A stretch of 29,433 nt of DNA from Ginkgo biloba (Eukaryota; Plantae; Ginkgophyta), in the NCBI GenBank assembly GCA_024626585.2, contig JANKJI020000002.1, positions 172,346,339-172,375,771 on the forward strand, given 5' to 3'. This document shows, one piece after another, positions 22,690-29,433 of this stretch. Positions within the stretch are counted from its first letter, which is position 1. Each line of letters starts with the position of its first letter. The notes beneath the pieces were generated by a model. It saw only the letters and a list, made by a program, of their open reading frames with translations, was not told where the DNA came from and did not search any database. A program made the translations under genes and the position numbers.

Positions 22690-25600
22690 NNNNNNNNNNN
22701 NNNNNNNNNNNNNNNNNNNNNNNNNNNNNNNNNNNNNNNNNNNNNNNNNNNNNNNNNNNNNNNNNNNNNNNNNNNNNNNNNNNNNNNNNATTTTGAATGT
22801 AAAACATGTAAGATTTTCTCATTTCATTTATTAATTATTTGATTCCTACTTGTATTTTTTTCTTCTCTAAACTCATTTCTTTTTTTCTTTTGAGTATATT
22901 ATTAAATCCTATGTAATCACACTCCTCACCCACACCAAAAATCATAGCCCTAACACTATGCCACTAGCAAACCAAAAAAATAACATTTTCCATTTCATGT
23001 GTCTAAATCAAATACTATTGTACACAATCTAAAAATTACACCTAAAACAAATTCTAAATTCAATTTCTTCACATCCACTATCTATGCAACTTCAATTTGA
23101 TTTTTTTTTCCCTCCTTTTTTCTTTTCATTTAAGTACATACCAAAGTCCCTACCAATTATTCACTCAATGCACATGAACATGTAAAACTTGCTAAAAGAA
23201 TAGTTTAAATACATACCATTAACTAAAAACTATATACATAATACATTAATAGAGTAAGTGGCCAAAGGTATAAAAACTTACTGTGTAATATGTAGGAACA
23301 AAGAACTTGTTTTCTTGGCACTAAACAAGCTAAAGGGCCCAACATAAACCAGTTGCTCAGAACACCTTGCATTGAAACAAACTAAATAGTAAGATATCAA
23401 ATAAATATCGTACAATCCTCATACTGAAATAGATCCCATTGATAGAGGCACAACAAGGTTTGAAGGCACACCTACCTTTGCCTACTCTACAATACCTCAA
23501 TGATTGCTTCCAAAATAATTTTCTCAGGTTGAAATAATTCCCAATTCCACTATCTTTTTACTATTAAGAAATTGTACCTACACTCTCTTGGACCTCTCCA
23601 CTCTCTCTATTAGCCACTTTAATCTCTTATCTATACCAAATACTATGTTAGTTCTAGTCTATGCATTGATGTGTTAGTTATTGAATGTTGAAATACTAAA
23701 ATCCCTAGAATGAATGTTGAAATTATCTCAAAGAGGACTAGAAATAAAGAAGCATAATTACAAGGTGATATATATCCAGATAACAACTTATGTATATGAA
23801 AAAGAAAAATCTATCATGATAGTTTGAACCAACTTACCTCTTAGAAGTTAACATGTGCTACTATACCAAATATGCCTTCTCCCTTAATTTTTTTTCGATT
23901 TTCTTTCTATATTACTAACTTTTACATCCAAGATCTCCTTGCCTCGCCACCTTTTTTTATCTTTCATATTTTATAAAGATTTTTCTATTTATCTTTTGTG
24001 AGTGAGGGTGAAGAGACTATGGCATCAAGATTTGGATTGAATGACCTTTATAGAGCTTTTTATGATGTTGCTAAGTATCAAACCAAAAAAATGTTCCATG
24101 GACGAGCTCTTCTACAAGTGGAATTAGGTGCTTCAAATCCATATCTCTAAGATAGAATATTTTTCTTCATCGTTATGCACTACATCCCATTCACATCCAT
24201 TTCATGCTCTGGGATGATGCCTTAATAGTTACTCCACCTTGACAACCCAATGTCATAGGTTCAACTCTTACACAACATTTCCCTTCCTAAACATCGTCTT
24301 TCACACAAAATAATATTTATGATATTTCTCTAAGTGAAAACTTAATGATCCCAAGGCTAATTAGCAGAGATACAAAAGGATATTTTTCTTTTTTAAATCA
24401 CAAGTTTTTATCTTCATTAAATAGCCATGAATTGTGAAGAGACATTGGTATTCCCCTCTAGGAACTATGTAGTACTAAAATACTAATATTATTTATTAGT
24501 ATGATGAAGAAGATACACAAAATACTAAGATTATTTATATTTCCCACACTAGTTAGTTTCTAATAAATTTAATCACCTATGAACCACCTCAGGTTTAATG
24601 AGGAATTTGGATCATATTAGGTTGTATGCCCTCAAGCTCATAGGCATTCCTTCTATACTTATTATAAGAGGGGAGACATCATATTTGACAATATCTTTAC
24701 CTCTAATGATAACAAGAGGTATATTTTCACATTGACCAAATCTATATATTCAAACATATAGTGGAAGAAGGGGATTTCTCCATCACTTATGCAAGAGAGA
24801 AGACCAAATTTAATTCTTTTATATGCAAGTGAACAAAATAAACTTGTGCCACTACATTCAAATCCATTTCCTCCTAATATAAATTAGAGAATTGGTTTCT
24901 AGATCTAGAGTTAGAGAAGATGACTAGAGTCATTATATAAATCAAATTTAACATAGGTATCACCATAAAATTTATATCTATTAGAGCCTAAATTAATATA
25001 CTAATAGGACCTATCACTNNNNNNNNNNNNNNNNNNNNNNNNNNNNNNNNNNNNNNNNNNNNNNNNNNNNNNNNNNNNNNNNNNNNNNNNNNNNNNNNNN
25101 NNNNNNNNNNNNNNNNNNAGTGTAATAAGTCTCTCTAGTTAGGAATTCAAGTGGTGGATGTATCAAGAATCTTCTCCTTATATGGGTCACAATGTTCATC
25201 ACATTTATACTACACAACCAAAAGAACTCCCTTATATATACTAGTATATAACTAAGAAAATACCCATGTCTTCCCCCCAAAAATTAACCATTAAATTGAT
25301 ATGAGTATAGTCCACAAAATAAATTTGTGTGAAATAGTTGCCATAATTTGTCGTGTCAATGTGAGATCGTTGTTAGAATAACCATTAACCATTACATAAA
25401 ATAAAATTAATTCTAAATATTATTGGCATATTACTTTATAATTTTACTAATAGATCACTGGAAGATTGCTTTGATGAGGATAATTATTCTTAATGAAGAT
25501 TAACCATTAACCATCACACACAAAAAAACCATATCCATCTATACTTAATAAATGAGCATGCCCATTGCAAATTCTTACATTCTTCATGATATTGTAGGGA

Positions 25601-26259
25601 ACTATTTGTGCAAAATCAATATGGATGCATACTTTCTTAAACCACAACCACATTGTTAGAAGGAGAGGAGGATGACACCTTTAAGAGATCTCTACTTGCG
25701 TACTCTCACAATCCAAGTTATTGATTTCTTTATAGCATATGGCATTATCTCAAGTTTTTCTACTCTTCAAATCATCTCATATACTCAAATATCAATTTAT
25801 GATTATATTTCCCATTTATAACTTTATTTAAAGTTCCCAAATCCAACACAATGATGTGCAATATACCTATATGTGGAGGTAAAATCATTTCAAATGCTAC
25901 CAATTTTACATGGACAATTATAAGAACTTTTTTTCTTTCTTATTTCCTTAGATGACATTATCAATATCATTACTTAGCTCAAAGGTGAGAGGATTTTTAC
26001 CTTTTTCATTTTTTTTTGTGTGTAAATTTCCTTCTATATAGATATCACTCTATTGTGAATATTTAATAAAGATATGAGTTTAACTTAAGTGAAATATAGA
26101 CATAGGAATGTATGGCCCATGTTATGGTTTTCTATGGCTCTTTAAAATGAAAAAAATTAGAATTAAAATTCAGATTAAGTACTTACCATAACTTTATGCT
26201 AAAGGAAGGCCAAAGCTACAAGTAAGGGTTTAAAAGAAAATGTAATCAATAAAGACTTT

Positions 26260-26820
26260 GAAGAAATTAAAAAGGTTGAAGAAGCTTCAAAAGAAAATTT
26301 AGGTCTAGTCAGAGTAGGAGGATGGTTATAAACCATCTAAAATAATTCCATAATACTTTTTACAAAAGGGTTAGGTGGGCAATCTGAAAACATAGCAAAA
26401 TATAAGGCCTCAATCTAAGGCTTAAACATAGCATTGAAAATGGGCATTAGAAGAATCCTCTTAATGGGAGATTTGAAACTAGTTATAAATAAACTTGATA
26501 GAAAATGAAAAACTAATTCTTGGGTTCTCTAAGATATCCATGAGGAGGCACGAAGCTTGGTTTTATCCTTCACCAAGGTTTCTTTCCATCACATCCCATG
26601 CAGATGCAATGTCATAAAGAACACATTGGCTAACCTAGGGGTGCACCTCAAGAAAGGAGTAAACTTAAACCACATCACATCAATGGATACCATGGAAGAT
26701 CCCATAAAGATATGCGAATCATTATTAACCAAATTGGATAAGGCCATGGCCAAACATCAAATCACTGAAAGGTCAGTCGTAAGTTGGATTAAATCACTCT
26801 TGATCACTTCACTCCTATAG
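26260..26820 (+). pseudogene. Retroelement-type RNase H domain (RVT_3 / plant LINE RNase H-like), decayed
   Basis: One frame: EEASKENLGLVRVGG...KGLGGQSENIAKYKASI*GLNIALKMGIRRILLMGDLKLVIN...FTKVSFHHIPCRCNVIKNTLANLG, corresponding to DGASKGNPG...TNNxAE...EGDSxLVI...HIxRExNxxADxLA. It has several in-frame stops and continues into track ORF 26557-26820. Confidence 0.88.
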
Positions 26821-27196
26821 TGAGAAAGAGAGATTTATATTTTACAAGTATTTAATATAAGAATACAGAATGACATCTAAGCACCAGGTAATAATCCATG
26901 AGATAAAGACATACAACTATTAGGACCCTTAAGGAATGTGCACCCTCTTGGGTCATTTTGATCCTTCCTGATCAAGCTAGGGAGAAGACTATCTTTAGGA
27001 GGATATGAGGTTCTTTAGGTAGGTGATAATCAATATNNNNNNNNNNNNNNNNNNNNNNNNNNNNNNNNNNNNNNNNNNNNNNNNNNNNNNNNNNNNNNNN
27101 NNNNNNNNNNNNNNNNNNNNNNNNNNNNNNNNNNNNATTTTTCTTATCAATGCGGTTACATGTCAATTACCTCATTTATCATAGGCATGGATCTCT

Positions 27197-27228
<32 letters not shown>
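27197..27228. repeat. Compound microsatellite (TA)4(TG)12
   Basis: Read directly from the sequence. Confidence 0.95.
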
Positions 27229-27942
27229 CATACACAAACGCTTATGCTATGAGTTAATCCATGAAAATATTTTACTTTTTCTCAAGGATTCTCAAGATAT
27301 AACAAAGGTTATTGATAATGATGATCTCCAAGTCTCTTTTTATAAATTAAGTATAAATCAACTTTGAATTAACATTTTTATTGAACCATTTACAAGAGAT
27401 AAGAAATTCCAAATTAGAGAAAATAATTATATAATGAACAAAAAACATGTAAGAGTATGCACACATGCGTTAATAGGGAAATGCGATGTTGCTTCTCATG
27501 GATAAATATGATTTTCAAGTTGGGGTTGTTGTTATGTTTGATTATAAATACAATACAATTTATAGCTCTCTCCAAACTACAACTTAAGATTACATTCCAA
27601 CAACCTTACCAAATTCAATCTACTTAATATTTGTCATAAAATTTGGATGATTAATAAATATGACCGTAGATCATCAACTATCTTTGAGTGGATCTTGAAT
27701 ATGAAGGGAGAAAATATCAAATCAAATTTAAATCATTTATATATATATTTTTTTATGACTATTTGAATCTTACTCTATATTGATGGTACTACATCTACGA
27801 TACACATTTTAAAATCGTACTCCTAATTATCTTATGCTTTTAATTCATATTATTATTTTTGTATAGAGTATGTATAATTTGAACCAATTAAAATTTTAAA
27901 CAACTATAAACTATTTGACATATTTTTTATAAAGTAATTTTT

Positions 27943-28148
27943 TTTATGAACTTCTTAGGATTGCATTTATATGTTTTGTAGGAATTATTAAGTATTTTGT
28001 GTTAGATAAGAATTGATTTATTTTTTTGTCTATTAAAGTTGATTTCTTTATGAAATTTTAAAGATTGCATTTATATGTTTCATAGGAATTATTAAGTAAT
28101 TTGTGTTAATATAAGGATTGATTTATTTTTACATCTATTACATGATTT
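27943..28148. repeat. Tandem duplication, 104-bp unit x2
   Basis: tttatgaa...gattgcatttatatgttt...taggaattattaagta...attgatttattttt...tctatta starts at both 27943 and 28047. Confidence 0.9.
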
Positions 28149-28911
28149 ATATTTATAGAGAGTAGTTTATAAGTATATTAGCTTAAAATAATGTGTACTT
28201 TATTATTAAGCATAAATTAAAGGTATAAGCTTTGGTTATAGTTTATTAATGATTATGCTATCTTAATTGGTCACATCTAATGGGAGGTTGCTTATAGTTT
28301 TTATCATAAANNNNNNNNNNNNNNNNNNNNNNNNNNNNNNNNNNNNNNNNNNNNNNNNNNNNNNNNNNNNNNNNNNNNNNNNNNNNNNNNNNNNNNNNNN
28401 NNNNNNNNNNTACACAAATTTGTGTGTATGTATACTTTTGCATGTATATTCACACACACATACACACAAATGCAATTCTCTCCTATGGAACTAACAATAA
28501 AGATTATATGCTTTAAATACAAGGGTTTGTTTTTCTCTTGTATTTTTTTGTATATTAAATGTACATAATTTCTAATAAAGGTGAAAAGACAATCTTTTTG
28601 CTTAATGAATAATTACTTATTTTTTCTTATCATTGAGCCAACTAGAATCTCAAAAAGGATTTACTTAGAATAAATTAATTAAAATGAAATGGAAATATTT
28701 GACAAATAGTAAAACTCCTTCGCAATCAATTTTGCATCAAACCGTGCAACATTGTTATGTCAAGCATGCTTCAAATGTAGCTAGACTTTTGAAACCAATG
28801 TGAAGGTCATGTCAATGGTTCTACTTTAATTATAGATCCATGTGTTTAATATCCTCACGGCCCATATCCTCATTGGGTTGGTAATTCTATTGATAACTAT
28901 CCCTCTAAGAA

Positions 28912-29431
28912 TTATAATAAGCTTGTTGTTATCGCTAAAATAAGCTCTAATTTATTCATCCCCAGTTCTCTTCATAGATCCCATCATGCTCTTGATATCC
29001 CTCTCTAGTTCTAATAGTAACCTGGTCAACAATTCTATTTGATCCATACCCAAAAGTGCAAATTCATCTATCCAAATTTGCTTATTATGGCACCTTTCAA
29101 ATAAAAACCTAATGAATTTGGATTATTTCCAATAACAATGGTTCTTTATGATTTATGATATCTCCATATTATCTAGGCTTTGAGATTCTGGGATGACTTG
29201 ACCCATTGCATCTATTGGTTTTAATCTCTCCTTTGGCCATTCTCCATATGCCCATGAACAAAACTGGTTTAATGTGGCTCTATCCCACTCTTGGGATTCA
29301 AACTTAGTCTAGTGGATGACTTCTTCGCAGGTGTCACCTAATTCAAAATATTCTTTATATGATATTGGAAGATAAATCTTTGTATGCTTATGCCACATCT
29401 TGTTAGAATTCTATGTATCTTCTTATAAAAT
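28912..29431 (-). pseudogene. Unassigned decayed reading frame running off the right edge
   Basis: About 170 codons in one frame with few stops: MWHKHTKIYLPISYKEYFELGDTCEEVIH*TKFESQEWDRATLNQFCSWAYGEWPKERLKPID...FIRFLFERCHNKQIWIDEFALLGMDQIELLTRLLLELERDIK. Confidence 0.4.
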
Positions 29432-29433
29432 AT

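Larger units (their letters stand above)
221..28410. other. Numerous assembly gaps (N runs) scattered across this span
   Basis: Exactly 100 N at 1265-1364, 6257-6356, 8003-8102, 11702-11801, 17509-17608, 18888-18987, 22690-22789, 25019-25118, 27037-27136 and 28311-28410, the usual placeholder for unknown size. Longer runs begin at 3898, 9698, 13347 and 15192. Confidence 0.9.

Noticed and set aside
23270-24260. Possible minus-strand exons with GTAAG donors (~23278, ~23837)
   Set aside because: No frame gave a recognisable protein and stops are frequent, so a host gene cannot be supported.
24660-25300. Copia signals (AAGAGGGGGAGA tract; NLMVNFWGED resembling integrase LP..FWGEA)
   Set aside because: Short isolated resemblances on opposite strands with no continuing homology.
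25450-25680. Minus-strand zf-RVT-like remnant of a LINE
   Set aside because: Cys/His spacing needs several assumed mutations, so it is not distinguishable from chance by eye.
1140-28522. Most ORFs in the supplied track (e.g. 15059-16231, 9685-10434, 3892-4398) as genes
   Set aside because: Their length comes from translating N runs, and the real residues show no coherent protein.

Overview
AT-rich, repeat-dominated eukaryotic DNA from a gapped draft assembly (many N runs, ten of exactly 100 N). No intact gene is visible, and nearly all ORFs in the supplied track are artefacts of reading through N runs. The sequence is a nested set of decayed plant transposable elements. CG and CAG/CTG are scarce and stop codons fall at Gln/Trp/Arg positions, as expected after long methylation-driven C-to-T decay; the element families resemble those I associate with gymnosperms (inference). 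Recognisable remnants: Ty3/Gypsy gag (three fragments, one behind a tRNA-iMet PBS), protease, integrase, a CACTA (En/Spm) Tnp2 fragment, an RNase H (RVT_3-like) pseudogene, a tRNA-derived SINE, a probable LINE 3' tail, a PPT/LTR junction and several tandem repeats. The most notable element is a long accessory ORF resembling the plant mobile domain, present in three diverged, decayed copies (1-3118 minus, about 8250-11700 minus, about 21200-22689 plus). One copy lies about 280 bp downstream of a PBS-like site. I see no convincing evidence of a new functional system. All protein assignments come from manual translation and remembered motifs, not database searches.
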